Source of the DNA: the human T2T-CHM13v2.0 reference genome, Homo sapiens
Length of the DNA: 64,000 nt
NCBI GenBank assembly: GCA_009914755.4
Contig: CP086569.2
Coordinates: 4,800,001-4,864,000 of the forward strand
Direction: 5' to 3'
Below, one piece after another: positions 11,741 to 26,854 of the stretch (its first letter is position 1; every line of letters starts with the position of its first letter). The notes under the pieces were generated by a model, which did not search any database, was not told the DNA's origin, and was given only the letters and a program-made list of their open reading frames with translations. Position numbers and translations under genes: made by a program.

Positions 11741-12914
11741 TTTTTGTAGCATCAGCCAGTGAAACAAAGTATCTGAACTAATCTGAAAGGATTGCTAATA
11801 AGCATCTTAGCCTTTCTATCTCTGGTTTCTCTACAGGTATCACCATGATAAAATTTTTCTTTACCTGAAGCAATTAAAAATAAAAACACTGTGTTTCCCT
11901 GGTTGGGCCTTTTTAGTTCCCAGTGAAGGCCACCTACGGTGGATAGAGAAGAAAGATACTTTCCACACAAAATATCTTACTATTTGAACCTGGTAATTCA
12001 CATATGCGGTGAAATGTTACCACAAGAAAGCTTCAGTTTTCATAGGTAAAAATAGTTATCCACATATTTAAGCAAGTTTATAATTCTTCATACAAATATT
12101 CACAAAAACAAAAAAGACCATTTTCTCCAGCTTCAGATACACACCATTTGACTTCAGAAACTAAGTTACATCCTTTTGTTTGTTGATTGGTTTGTTTTTA
12201 GGCCATCCAACCCCCTCAAGATAAGTTACATTCTAATGTGGGCATGTTCAAATCTTACAGGATGATCTGCAAGTATAGAAAAACATACAAGAAGAAAAAT
12301 TTGGAAAGATTTTTATATCAGATCACATTTTCCAACATGATTGTCTAGTTGGTAAAGTTCAGCAGTATCAAATTCCCATTGTTTTCTGTGAAAGTATCTC
12401 ATCATTATTTAAAATGTCATATTTTACCTTATTCACTAAACTATAAATATAATTGGTTCCATTAATAATACATGGCAGATAAGCTAGCTTTTTTATATTA
12501 TTCATCATTATGAGATAAAATTCATAGGACCCTATGAAAATAGTTCAATATATACCTCATATGACTGTTAATAATTTCCAACTTATTTTAGAAAACCTAA
12601 AAGCGGAACCAAAACTAGCACAATTTGGAAGAATTTGAAACTATACTTTCTTTCATAAATTTTGAATTATCTAAATTATCTGAATTTCAAACATGAAATT
12701 TTATGTTTACAACTTCTAGAGATATTTATTTGGAATTAAAATTACAAAATGCCAAAGGATTGGATAATATTTATCCAGTCCAATAAATGTTAGGTCCTTT
12801 TTTATTGCTGCTACATATGTCTAGCCACTTAAATAATTGTATTCAATTAAATCCACTTTTCATGTCCAGGGATAGTTCTATTCCCCTGTTATTTCCATCA
12901 AGAAATAAATATCC

Positions 12915-14273
12915 TATCATTTTATTTTTATTTTTTATTTTTATGGGTATATAGTAAGTGTGTATAATTATGGGCTACATGAGATATTTTGTTACAGGCA
13001 TGCATTGTGTAACAATCACATCAGGGTAAATGGGGTATGCTCACCTCAAGCATACTTCCTTCGTGTGTGTTACAAACAATCCAATTATACTTTTTTGGTT
13101 ATTTTAACCTGTATAATTAAATTATTATTGACTATAATCCCTTTGTTATGCTATCAAGTACTACATCTTATTCATTCTTTCTGACTATATTTTTGTGTCC
13201 ATTAATCATCCCCACTTACCCTCCTCTCCCCAACTTACCACCCTTCCAGCCTCTGGTAACCATTCTTCTATTCTCTATCTCCATGAGTTCAATTGTTTTC
13301 ATTTTTAGCTCCCATAAATAAGTGAGAACATGTGAAGTTTGTCTTTCTTTGTCCTTTTTCCTTACTATATCTTTGTCTATTCTGAGTCTCTTGTGGTTCT
13401 ATATACATTTTACATTTTTTTTCTACTTCTATAAAGAATGTCATTGGTATTTTGATAGAGATTGCACTGAATCTGTAGATTTCTGTGGGTGGTATGGACA
13501 TTTTAATAATATTGATTCTTCAGTCCATGAACATGGAGTATTTTTCCATTTTTTTTTGGTATTGTCCTTAATCTCTTTCATCAGTGTTTTATAGTTTTTG
13601 TTATAGAGATCTTTAACTTCTTTAAATTAATTCATTGATATTTAATTTTATGTGTGACTATTGTAAATGGGATTACTTTTTTATTCTTTTTCTCATTGTT
13701 CACCATTGGCATATAGAAATGCTACTGATTTTTGTATGTTGATTTTGTATCCTCAGCTTTGCTAAATTTATCAGTTCAAATGGTTTTTTTTGCTGGACTC
13801 CTTAGTTTTTTCCAAAGATAATATCATACCATCTGCAAACAGGGATAATTTGACTTCTTCCTTTCCATCATGGATGCCTTTTATATCTTTCTCTTGTCTA
13901 GTGTGTCTAAGTAGAACTTCCAGTACTGTGTTGAATAATAATGGTGAAATTGGCCATTCTTGTCCTATTTCTGATCTTAGAGGAAAGGCTTTCAGATTTT
14001 TCCCCATTTAGTATGATGGGTCTGTCATATACAATTTTTATTATGTTGAGGTATATTTTTTCTATTCCTAGTTTATTGAAAGTTTTTATCATGAAGTGAT
14101 GTTGCATTTTATCAAATGTTTATTCAGCATCAACCAAAATGATTATATGGTTTCTGATCTTCATTCTGTTGATATGATATATCACCTTAATGATTTATGT
14201 ATGCTGAACCATCCTTGTATTCCAGGGATAAATCCCACTTGGTCATGATGATTGGTCTTTTTAATGTGGTTTG
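12915..14273 (-). mobile_element. L1MA-like LINE-1 fragment (3' UTR plus ORF2 RT/C-terminal remnants) with internal deletions
   Basis: Poly-T/(TTTTA)n at 12915-12940. Reverse complement of the L1MA 3' end follows ('gggtatatagtaagtgtgtataattatgg...tgactataatccc'). The minus-strand ORF 13771-14007 '[27 protein letters not shown]...[10 protein letters not shown]' is RT motif region. Confidence 0.8.
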
Positions 14274-14289
14274 AGAAAATCGAAGTGGG

Positions 14290-17200
14290 GGGGAAATGGC
14301 AGATAGGAGACAGGGATAATGTATAGCTCCCACATGGACAGACAGAAGAGTGTGTGGGGACTCACACTGTGATCTTTTGCTTCAAGAACCCCCACAGGAA
14401 CATACCAGGAAAACTGAAAGAATTCACAGATCCTTTGAAGGAAGCAGCACACTGCTGCAAATTCCACAAAACAGGTGAAAAACTGTGTGTTCCCAAAGTG
14501 TGAGAGGGCGAAAGGAAAACCTACCTTCGATCACACATCCTGACTGGGGAATCTGAAAATCCAGATCACAAGAGGATTTAACCTTACCTAGAAATGAAAT
14601 GGATTTAGGAAGTCACATGAGATATAAAAGTAGAAGTAGCAGTGGGAAGTGACTTGCATGCACTCCCAGCCTCCACCTCTAACCTAGAAAGGCCATCCCT
14701 GACTATATCTCACAGGAGCCCTCAGGAAAGGTGGCCAGAGGAATTGGGGAGGGATTATGGGGTGAAGGAGGCTCCCAAATGAAATTGGTAGTGGTTTTGG
14801 CTGGGCACACATTTTCTTGAGTCCAGTCTGGGGGACGGGAGGGAGCTGCTGCACATACAAGCAAGTGCAGGAGTACAGGAGCTGCTGCTGATGGAGTGGG
14901 CAGACAGGGAAAGGCAAGGTCCTAAAGCCATGCTTGCTTTCCCAGTGGAGTAGCTCATGGCTTCTGGCAAGGTCAGAGCAGGGGCACTGCATGAATGAGA
15001 GACTGGCCTCGCCAACTGCATGAGAGCTGGGTACGGCTTCTTGCTACTGGCTATCTCCCACTTCCCTGGTGAGCTATACTGCACAGCAGAGGCGGCCAGG
15101 ATTGCCTATGGAACATAACCCCATTGGCCTGAGAACCACCTCACCCCATGCTCCACAGTGGTCATGGCAAGCCCTCCCCAAGGAGAGTCTGCACCCAGAC
15201 CCACCAAACCCTGCCCCCACATGACAGTATTTCCGTAACTACCCTGATAGCTGAACACAAAACACAGAAACTCATGGGAGCTTTATGGCCCCACCCAACA
15301 CCTGAGAAACCAAAATACTTAGCAGGACCATCTTAGAGTAAGCTTAGAGCCCTTTAGTACTATCACAGCTGGTGCTATCTTGAAAGTGCCACCTCTTAGC
15401 TGGAGGCCAACCAACTCAGGCCATTACAGCAACTCAGGACAGAATAACCCTGATCCCAGGAAGGAGAAGACAACACCTAATTTCACTGCCTGCAACATCC
15501 TGGCTAACCAGAGGTCCTGAGTGTGTCCATGTGACAACTTCATCACTAGCATAACCAGCATTCAAGAAAGCCAGCATACTAAACATATTAACAACAAAGA
15601 GCTCTCGCAGAGTCTACTTTGCTTCTCTGCCACCTCTACCAGAGCAGGTGCTTGTATCCACAACTGGGAGACCTGAAGACAGATCACATCACAGGACACT
15701 TTGCAGACATCCTGCAGCATCAGCCCAGAGCCTGATAGCCCCACTCAGTGGCTAGACTCAGAAGAGCAATAACAATCACTGCAGACCAGCTTTCAGGAAG
15801 TCTCATCTCTAGGGGAAGGGGGAGAGCACGACATCAAGGAATCACCCTCTAGGACAAGAAAATAAATCTGAACAGCAGGCCTTAAGTTTCATACCTCTCC
15901 ACTGAAATAGTCTACCCAAATGAGAAGAAACCAGAAAAGTAATCCTGTTATAGAACACGGTTCTATAACACCCCCGAAAGATCACACCAGATCCCCACGA
16001 ATGGATCCAAACCAAGAAGAAATCTCTGAATTGCCAGATAAACACTTCAGAAGGTAGATTATTAAGCTACTCAAGGAGATACCACAGAAAGGTGAAAACC
16101 AACTTAAAGAAATTAAAAAACAATATAGGGTATAGATGAACAATTCTCAAGAGAAATAGATATCACAAAGAAAATACAATTACAACTTCTGGAAATGAAA
16201 GACACACTTAGAGAAATGCAAAATGTAGTGGAAACTTTCAACAGTAGCATAGAACACGTAGAAGAAATAACTTTAGAGTTCAATGAAAAGGCTTTCAAAT
16301 AAACCCAATCACACAAAGACAAAGAAAATATTTTTTAAATGAACAAAGACTCCAAGAAATTTTTGATTATATTAAATGACCAAACATAAGAATAACTGGT
16401 GTTCCTGAGAAAGAAGAGAAATCTAAAAGTTTGGAAAACTTATTTGAGCAAATAATTGAGGGTAACTTCCCTGGTCTTGCTAGAGGTCTAGACATCCAAA
16501 CACAAGAAGCTCAAAGAACACCTGGGAAATTCATTGCAAAAAGATCACCACCTAAGCATGTAGTCATCAGGTTATCTAAAATCAAGACAAAGGAAAGAAT
16601 CTTAAGAGCTGTGAGACAAAAGCATCAGATCACCTATAAAGGAAAACCTATCAAATTAACAGCAGACCTCTCAGCAGAAACCTTACAAGCCAGAGGGGAT
16701 TGAGGTCCCATCTTTAGCCCCCTGAAACAAAATGAAGGAGAAATGAAGTTGTTTTCAGACAAACAAGTGCTGACTACTAAGCCAGCACTACAAGAAATGC
16801 TAAAAGGAGTTCTACATCTTGAAACAAAACCTTAAAATACACCAAAATAGAAACACCTTAAAGCATAAATCTCACAGGGCCCATAAAACATTAATGCAAC
16901 AGCAAAAATGCAAGGTATTAAAGCAACAACTAACATGATGAGTAAAACAATACCTCACATCTGAATACTAACACTGAAAGTGAATGGCTTAAATGCTCCA
17001 CTTAAAAGATACAGAATGGCAGAATGGATAAAAATCCACCAACCAAGTAGCTGCTGTCTTCAAGAGACTCACTAACACATAAGGACTCACATAAACTTAA
17101 GGTAATGGGGTGGAAAAAAACATTCCATGCAAATGGAAACCAAAAGCAACTAGGAGTAGCTATTCCTATATCAGACAAAGCAGAATTTAAAGCAACAACA

Positions 17201-19615
17201 CGAAGAAAAAACAAAAAGGGACATCATATAATGATAAAAGAAATAGGCCAACAGGAAAATACCACAATCGTATATACGCACCTAACACTGGAATTTTCAA
17301 ATTTATAAAACAATTACTACTAGACCTAAGAAATGAGATAATGAGATAGATGTCTACATAATAATAGTGCAGGACTTCAGTACTCCACTGCCAGCACTAG
17401 ACAGGTCATCGAGGCAAAAAATCAAAAATAAACAGTGAAATTAAACCATAGTCTAGAACAAATGGACTTGATGGATATTTGCAGAACATTTCCCCAACCA
17501 CTTCAGACTATACATTTTTTTTCAGCACATGGAATATCCTCCAGAGTAGAACATGTGATAGGTCACAAAACAAGTCTTAATAAATTTAAGAAAAAAATTA
17601 TATCAAGTATCCTCTCAGACCACAGTGGAATAAAACTGGAAATCAACTCCTAAAGGAATCCTCAAAACTATACAAATACATGAAAACTAAATAATCTGCT
17701 CTTGAATTATCTTTGGGTCAACAATGAAATTTAAAAATTCTTTGAGCTGAATGATAATAGTAACACAACTTAACAAAACCTCTGGGATACAAAAAAAGCA
17801 GTACTCAGAGGAAAGTTCATAGCATTAAATGCTTACATCAAAAAGTCTGAAAGAGCACAAACAGATGATCTAAGGTTGCACCTCAAGGAACTAGAGAAAC
17901 AAGAACAAACCAAATCCAAAACCAGCAGAAGGAAAGAAATAACGAAGACCAGAGCTGAACTATATGAAATTGAAACAAAAATATAATAGATAAATGAAAC
18001 AAAGAGCTGGTTCTTTGAAAAGATAAACAAATGGATGGACCGTTAGTGAGATTAACCAAGAAAAGAATAGAGAAGTTCCAAATAAGCTCAATTAGAAATG
18101 AACCAGGAGATATTACAGCCAATACACAGAAATACAAAACATCATTCAAGGTTACTATGAACACATTTTTCTACAAAAACTAGGAAATCTAGAGGAGATG
18201 GATACATTCCTGAAAACATGCAACCCTCCCACGTTAAATTGGGAAGAAATAGAAACTCTGGACAGACCAACAACAAGTAGCAAGATTGAAACAATAATAA
18301 AAAATTGCCAACAAAAAGAAGTCCAGGACCAGATTCACAGCTGAATCCTATCGGACATTCAAAAAAGAATTGGTACAAATTTTACTGAAACTATACTCAA
18401 AGACAGAGAAAGAGTGATTCCTCCCTAAATCATTCTATGAAGTGTCACCCTAATACCAATATCAAGAAAGGACGTAACAAAAAAAGAAAACTACAGACCA
18501 ATATCCCTGATGAACATAGATGCAAAAATCCTCAACAAAATAATAGCTAACTGATTCCAACAGCATATCAAAAAGATAATCCACCACGATCACGTGGGTT
18601 TTATACCAATGATGCAGGGATGGTTTAACATACACAAGTCAATAAATGTGATACATCGCATAAACAGAATTAAAAACAAAAATCACATGATTTTCTCAAT
18701 AGATGCAGAAAAATATTTGACAAAATCCAGCATCCGCTTATGATTAAAATTCTCAGCAAAATTGGCATACAAAGGACATACCTCAAGGTAATAAAAGCTA
18801 TCTGTGACAAACACATAGCCAGCATTATGCTAAATGGGGAAGGTTGGAAAGAATTCCCCCTGAGAACTGGAACAAGACGAAGATGTCCAGTTTTACCACT
18901 TCTCTTCAAAATAGGACTGGGAGTCCTACCAGATCAATCAGACAAGATAAAGGAATCAAGGTGCATCTATATTGATTAACAGGAAATCAAACTGTCGCTG
19001 TTCACTGATGATATTATTGTATACCTAGAAAACCCTAAAGATTTATCCAAAACACTCCTAGATTTTATAAACGAATTCAGTAAAGTTTCAGGATACAAAA
19101 TCATTGTACACAAATCAGTAGCATTGCTATACTCCAACAACAGCCAAGCTAAGAAACAAATCAAGAACTCAATCTTTTTTACAGCAGCTGCAAAAAAAAA
19201 AAAAAAAAAAAAATCCTTAGGAATATAATTAACCAAGGAGGTCAAAGATCTTCACAAGGAAAACTACAAAACACTGCTGAAAGAAATCATCGACAACACA
19301 AATAGAAACACATCCCATGCTCGTGGATGGGTAGAATCAATATTGTGAAAATCACCATACTACCAAAAGCAATCTACAGATTCAATGCCATTCCCATCAA
19401 AATGCCATAATCATTCTTCACAGAACCAGAAAAAAACTATCCTAAAATTCATATGGAATTAAAAAAAACACCCTGCATAGCCAAAGCAAGACTAAGCAAA
19501 AATAACCAAACTTGGAGGCATCACATTACTAGACTTCAAGCTATACTACAAGGCTATAGTTACCAAAACAGCACAGTACTGGTATGAAAACAGGCATGTA
19601 GACCAACAGAACAGA
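14290..19615 (+). mobile_element. LINE-1 (older primate L1PA/L1PB-like) with intact 5' terminus, 5'UTR, ORF1 and ORF2 remnants, 3'-truncated within ORF2
   Basis: It starts 'gggggggaaatggcagataggagacagg' (compare L1 5' end 'GGGGGAGGAGCCAAGATGGCCGAATAGGAACAG'). ORF1 C-terminus is at 16431-16703 ('ENLFEQIIEGNFPGLARGLDIQTQEAQRTPGKF...KGKPIKLTADLSAETLQARGD'). The ORF2 EN start is 'LTLKVNGLNAPLKRYRMAEWIK' from about 16975, and the RT region runs about 18400-19200 ('FPLRTGTRRRCPVLPLLFKIGLGVL', 'LSLFTDDIIVYLENPKD'). The last recognisable ORF2 residues are '...[16 protein letters not shown]' at about 19612. There are many frameshifts and stops. About 1 kb of ORF2 C-terminus and the 3' UTR are missing. 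Confidence 0.9.
19192..19213. repeat. Internal A22 homopolymer inside the L1 ORF2 region
   Basis: 'gcagctgcaaaaaaaaaaaaaaaaaaaaaatcc'. Confidence 0.95.
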
Positions 19616-19699
19616 ACATGTATCAGGTAGGATGTGATTATTGAAGAGAGACACATCATTTTGTATTTGTGGACCTTGTGGGTCTCAGTTTCTTTATCT

Positions 19700-19860
19700 A
19701 AAAAAATGAATGTGTATTAGTTTTGGAAGTTGCGTAATAAATTACCACTAACTTAGAAGCCTAAAACTACTAATTTATTATCTCACAGTTCTGTAAGTCA
19801 GAAGTTTAGGCAGGCTGGGCTGGGTTCATTGCCTAGAGTCTCCCATTATTATTTATTATT
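19700..19860 (+). mobile_element. Ancient MER-type interspersed repeat fragment (family not assigned)
   Basis: 'attagttttggaagttgcgtaataaattaccactaacttagaagcctaaaactactaatttattatctcacagttctgtaagtcagaagtttaggcaggctgggctggg' closely resembles a common old human repeat consensus ('...ctattgctgcgtaacaaattaccacaaacttagtggcttaaaacaacacacatttattatcttacagttctgtaggtcagaagtc...'). Confidence 0.5.
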
Positions 19861-20385
19861 ATTTGTTAATCTCCTAGGCTAAACTTCCTTTTTGGGAAGA
19901 AAAGTAGTTTATTTTTGCTGGAATTTCTCTCTGTGTTGTTTTCATCTTGAGGAGATCAAGTATAAAAGTGTTGCGCATTTACTGAGTAATATTACAAGCA
20001 GAATGCCACATATTATTAATTGAAATTCTGATTCAAATGTTTATATTAAGTAGAATTTTTCCAACACAGTGTATATGTGCTAAACCTCTAGGAAGAATAT
20101 GTTTATTTTGCACCTAAACATTGGATGATATGAGGAGAAGCACATCTTGATAATGATACATAACAATAAGTTAGGTGTAGACTAAGACGTTGTTGATTGA
20201 GAGACAGTGTACTTGATCTAAAATCTGTTTCAGGAACATTGCTATGAGGATATTTACTGCAAAAAAAAAAATGTGTTTTTTTCACATTTTGTACTAATGG
20301 TGGAATTTTCACTTTTAATAAAGGAAAGTTACAAATTATTTCAGGGAATTTTTGTTTTATTAAACCTCCTGGTAAATCAAACTGA

Positions 20386-21854
<1,469 letters not shown>

Positions 21855-22189
21855 TGAGCACATGATAAATGCCTACTAAAACAAACACTGGTGTTCTAGC
21901 TCTCTCTCTCTCTTTTCAAATATCATGAAGAATTGTCCACAGAATAGCATTTAGGATGGTGTAGACTTAAGAGGGAAATGCATGTACCATCAGTACTTTT
22001 CCTTGGGCAGTCTAGCTAGGATGTCACCCACAGGAGGGGATACAAGCCTTGCAGGACATGTTAAAAAATTAAGACTATAAAATTAAGGAATACAAAGGAA
22101 CACATTACTATTCAATTCAGTAGGGATCTGTAATTCTGCACTGCTCAGGTGCAGATGAAAACTACTCAGGTCAGAATCAAGTTGTTTCT

Positions 22190-22265
22190 GTAAGAGACAG
22201 CTCTATAAATAATGAGCTGTTTGTTTCTATGAGAGATAGCCCTATAAATAATGAGCTGTTCTCAG
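22190..22265. repeat. Local tandem duplication of about 38 bp
   Basis: 'agacagctctataaataatgagctgtt' and 'agatagccctataaataatgagctgtt' lie about 40 bp apart. Confidence 0.7.
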
Positions 22266-24189
22266 GTGAGCCAATCATTACCAATTGCCTGTTTAAAATG
22301 TCAGAATTGTCAAGGTCAATTGGTGTTAATCTAATGGCAGCACTGACCTAGTGTCACACAGAGTCTATAAATTAAATTTTAAGTCTCACAAAAGGATTAT
22401 CTTTGTTTCTAGAGACAATATTTGAATCAACAATGTTTTGGGTACTTCCGTGAAAGTGATGTGGGTGGATTGAAGTTTAAAAGGTGTAGACAATTGTCCA
22501 TTAAAGCAATTACATTAATGCATCAGGCTGATTTGAAATCAGTATTGAGGTAGAGTCAGAATATTTGCATATTTTTTTCTTTGTCATAACATCCTCACCA
22601 AAGCTTTTGGAAATTGCTGTTTTCAATGCACTTCTCACTCCACAGCCAGGACATAAAGAGTGACGGGGAAAAAGAGAACCTTATCAGGAAGAGAAAGAAA
22701 TAACCATTAGAAAGTTGTTCAAAATATATTATTTCATGAAATTGTCTTTCTTCTGTAACTTGTCTGTTTCCATATCTCCTTGTCACATTCTTAGGTATTT
22801 CAGTAATAAAAAAATTATCTGGATAAAAAAAGAAAGTAAAAAAAATGAAGTTTAGGTTTGATAAAAATTACTTTTATGAGTTAAAAGAACAAAGTATATT
22901 TCCTCTAAAAGAAGTTGATTACCGACTCCTTGTAACTTTTCATAAATTAACGTTCAGATATTTTTCAAATAAATAACTGATGGGAACTCAGCTTGTTGAA
23001 AATTTGCTTGGTTACACATTCAACAAACCTGATGGACAGTTTTGATTATTTTTGCCCTTTACAGAGTAAGTGTGAAATAACACTAATTAAAAGCTTTTCT
23101 ACTGAATAATCCATGTGCATCACCTTCCAAAATTTCACTTAAGGGGCCTACACATTGACAAAAACACATTTTATTCCCTTTGCTTAATTTCATTAGTGGG
23201 ACTTTTCTTTGACTTTGTGGGAACATTTAGATTTTTCTCCAGAGCATGTTAGAGCTCAGAACGATTAGCAGAGCATTTGAAGTAACCACAGCTCAGGGAT
23301 AATGGGAATGAGCCCTATAGCACTGTGTAAGCACTGGGACCATTTATAGATGTTCTGTGCAATGGTGGATAAAATAGGGCCACACTATACTGTTCCAGAA
23401 GCATTTTCTCTAGAGCCTTCTATAAGTCCCTTCTATGCTAAATAATTCAAACATGCATTTTGCATTCAGTAAACAATTGAAAACACAAGGAAATGAAGCT
23501 TTAAAAAGGAGTTGTGCTCAGTCAGTATATTGCTTTCAACTTTGAAAGAAGGCAAATATATAAAATGATCCTGAATTGCCTACTCAATTTCTAGCAGTAA
23601 GAGTAAAGCAGAGAAATCTCATTCTACTCCACCTATCCCCCTCTCACCAAAATCAAGAATTGTGTCTTTATTGTTGTTATAATTTGCTTCATAATGTTTT
23701 CTTGACAATTGAGACATTGTATACTGCATTAATTATTTACATTTTGTATGAACATTAAAATAATGAGAACATATATTTGTTTAGAAAAAAATCCCTCTAT
23801 TTTTTCTCTCATAAATATAATTCTACTGTTATGTTAGTATGTTCATAATTTGAGAAATTCTAAGTCTTAAGAAATCTTGGAATTGTATGAATTCTCTTTT
23901 ACCTACTCATTAGCAGACTCATAATTTTAGAAATCTTAATTGAGATCCATGTGCCAGTTATACTAATTAGTGTATAATTTCATAATCTGAGTACTTACAG
24001 AAAGCACACTCTTGAAAAACTCTGTATCTACAAATGCTTTTGACTATATGGATTTCCAGAGTCAAAATATTATTCAAAAAAGTAATAATAACATTTACCA
24101 CAAAGCTTCCAATGATGGTTCATCTGTGGGTGAATTTCCCATTTACAACTTTGCTCCCAGAGCACTCAGAAATATTTTACCCCTTTTCA

Positions 24190-24980
24190 TTTTTTTAAAC
24201 TAGACTTTATTTTTTACAGAAGTCTTAGGTTCACAGCAAAAATGAGAGGAAGTTATAGAGATTTCCCGTATCTTCTCTACCCTACACATGTGTAACCTCC
24301 CCCATTGTCAATATCCCCCACCAGAGTGACACATTTGTTATAGTTGATGAATTTACACATCAATATCACCCAAAGTCCATAGTTTACATTGGGGTTCACT
24401 CTTGTATATTCTATGGGTTTGGAAAACATTTAAAATAACAAGTATCAACAATTATAGTATCTATAGAGTAGTTTCTCTGCCATAAAAATCCTCCATTCTC
24501 TGCTTGTTCATCCCTCCTTCCCCTATTCCACAACCCCTGGCAACCACTGATATTTCTACTGTCTCCATAGTTTTACCTTTTCCAGAATGTCATATAGTTA
24601 GAATCATACAGTATGTAGCCATTTCCAATTAACTTATTGTACCTAGTAATACAGATTTAAGGCTCCTCCACGTCTTTTCATGGCTTGATAGATCATTTTT
24701 TTTTAGCAATGAATAATCATTTCTGAATCTACCACAGTTTATTTATTCATTAACCTACTGAAGGATATCTTGGTTACATTCAAATTTTGGCATTTATGAA
24801 TAAAGCTGCTATAAATATCTGCTTGCTGGTTTTGTGTAAACATAAGTTTTAAGCTCCTTTGGGTAAATACTAAAGAATGTGATTGCTGAGCCTTATGGTT
24901 AATAGTATATTTAGTTTTGTGAAAAACTGCCAAACTGTCTTCCAAAGTGGCTATAGATTCTCTTTCATTGGGAAGATGGC
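24190..24980 (-). mobile_element. L1M (L1MB/L1MC-like) 3'-end fragment
   Basis: Reverse complement of the old-L1 3' UTR: 'gactttattttttacagaagtcttaggttcacagcaaaaatgagaggaagttatagagatttcccgtatc...ccctggcaaccactgatatttctactgtctccatagttttaccttttccagaatgtcatatagttagaatcatacagtatgtagcc'. Confidence 0.8.
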
Positions 24981-25269
24981 AATACATAATATCTAAGTCA
25001 TTTTACGACTCAGTGTTTTCTATCATATAGGAATGACCTTTACTTTAGTTAGTATTTGGCATTACATATGCATGTATAAAATGTATAGTTTTTAAAAGAG
25101 TGTTTGTTCCTTAATATAGTTAGTAGTTATGAAATGAGTCAAGATCTGTTATTGCTAATGTTGGCAATATATTTTTATTAAATTAGACATTTTGGATGGT
25201 TTTAAAATTATAACTCAGTAATAATAGCTAACCTGTATGTAGCACTTAACTTTGTGCCAGACACCATTC

Positions 25270-25450
25270 TATTGGCATATATCGTCTCACTTAGTTAATA
25301 TTTTAAATTCTGTTTCTTCAGATTAGGAAACTGAAGTCTAGAGTAGTTAAATGACCTCTTGAAGATGACACAGTTAGTAAGTGGTAAAGCTGGGGTTTAA
25401 ACACAGTCTGTCTAGCTCGAGTCCATACTCTACACTTTAAGACTATAGTA
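25270..25450 (+). mobile_element. MIR SINE
   Basis: 'cagattaggaaactgaagtctagagtagttaaatgacctcttgaagatgacacagttagtaagtggtaaagctggggtttaaacacagtctg' corresponds to the MIR core 'cagatgaggaaactgaggctcagagaggttaagtaacttgcccaaggtcacacagctagtaagtggcagagctgggattcgaaccc'. Confidence 0.8.
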
Positions 25451-25469
25451 GTTGTGTTTAACAGGCTTT

Positions 25470-25860
25470 AGATCAGGGATCCCCAACTCCTGGGCCATGG
25501 ACTGGTACTGGTCCCTGACCTGTTAGGAACTGGGGCCACACAGCAGGAGGTCAGTGGCGGGCAAAGAAGTGAAGCTTCATCTGTATTTACAACCACTCTC
25601 CATGGCTTTCATTACTGCCTGAGCTCTGCCTGCTGTCAGATCAGTGATGGTATTAGATTCTCATAGGAGCATAAACCCTATTGTGAACTGTGCATGCCAG
25701 GGATCTAGGTTGTGCGTTCCTTGTAATCTAATGCCTGATTATCTGAAGTGGAACAGTTTCATCCTGAAACCTACCTCTCTCCATGGAAAAATAGTCTTCC
25801 ACAAAACCAGTCCCTGGTGCCACAAAAGCTGAGGACCCCTGCTTTCAATAACAGAATCTT
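25470..25860 (+). mobile_element. Ancient non-autonomous interspersed repeat (MER-type, probably DNA-transposon derived; family not assigned)
   Basis: 'ccatggactggtactggtccctgacctgttaggaactggggccacacagcaggaggtcagtggcgggc...attagattctcataggagcataaaccctattgtgaactgtgcatgccagggatctaggttgtgcgttcc...gaaacc...tggaaaaatagtcttccacaaaaccagtccctggtgccacaaaagctgaggacccctg' matches a widespread human repeat consensus ('ccggtaccggtccgtggcctgttaggaaccgggccgcacagcaggaggtgagcggcgggc...'). Confidence 0.6.
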
Positions 25861-26262
25861 AGGTCTCTATTATAAATGTCTTTCAGAGGTTAAATCACTT
25901 TTGCAGCATATAACCAACCCTTGGCAAAAGCAATTGATGTAAGATATCTCTTGCTAACTTTTAAGGCAAATTCAGATGACCTGTCATTTCACATGGACTC
26001 TACAAAAGCACAGCTTCTGGAGATTCTAAATCAAAAGATACAAGTTCTTGAATTAATAAAAATCAAAAACAAATTCATATTTTGTGGACATCAATGTAAA
26101 AAATATATACATACTGTGCTACAAATAATAATTAGCGCACTTCTAGTTATACGAAGGATAGCTGTATGTTAGGCATAATTATGACCTCATTATTGTTTAT
26201 ATTTGAAGATTATGTATGATTTCAAGAGATGTGTGTGGGTTCAAGTTGACAAGGGGTGGACG

Positions 26263-26804
26263 TGTGATGGTTAATATTGAGTGCCAACTTGATTGAAGGA
26301 TGCAAAGTATTGTTTCTGGGTGTGTCTGTGAGGGTGTTGGCAAAGGAGATTAACATTTGGGTCAGTGGACTGGAAAAGGCAGACCCACCCTCAATCTGGG
26401 TGGGCACCATCTAATCAGCTGCCAGTGCAGCTAGGATAAAGCAGGCAGAGGAAGGTAGAGGGACTTGACTTGCTGAGTCTTCCAGGCTTCATCTTTCTCC
26501 TGTGCTGGATGCTTCCTGCTCTTGAATATCAGACTCCAAATTCTTTAGTTTTGGGACTCTTGGACTTACACCAGTGATTTGCCAGAGGGTCCTGGGCCTT
26601 GGGCCACAGACTGAAGGCTGCATTGTCGGCTTCCCTACTTTTGAGGTTTTGGAACTCGGACTGGCTTCCTTGCTCCTCAGCTTGCAGATGGCCCATCATG
26701 AGACTTCACCTTGTGATTGTGTGATTCATGTTTCCTAATAAACTTCCCTTCATATATACATATACCCTATTAGTTCTGTCCCTTTAGAGAACCCTAACTA
26801 ATAC
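26263..26804 (+). mobile_element. MLT2-like ERVL solo LTR
   Basis: Begins 'tgtgatggttaatattgagtgccaacttgattgaagg' and ends '...ctttagagaaccctaactaataca'. It contains 'cagtggactggaaaaggcagacccaccctcaatctgggtgggcaccatctaatcagctg' and the 'ctcagcttgcagatggcccatcatgagacttc' block. Same family as 657-1172. Confidence 0.75.
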
Positions 26805-26854
26805 AGACTCCCATTATCCTAAATGGATTAATGCAAGAATAGAAAACCAAATAC

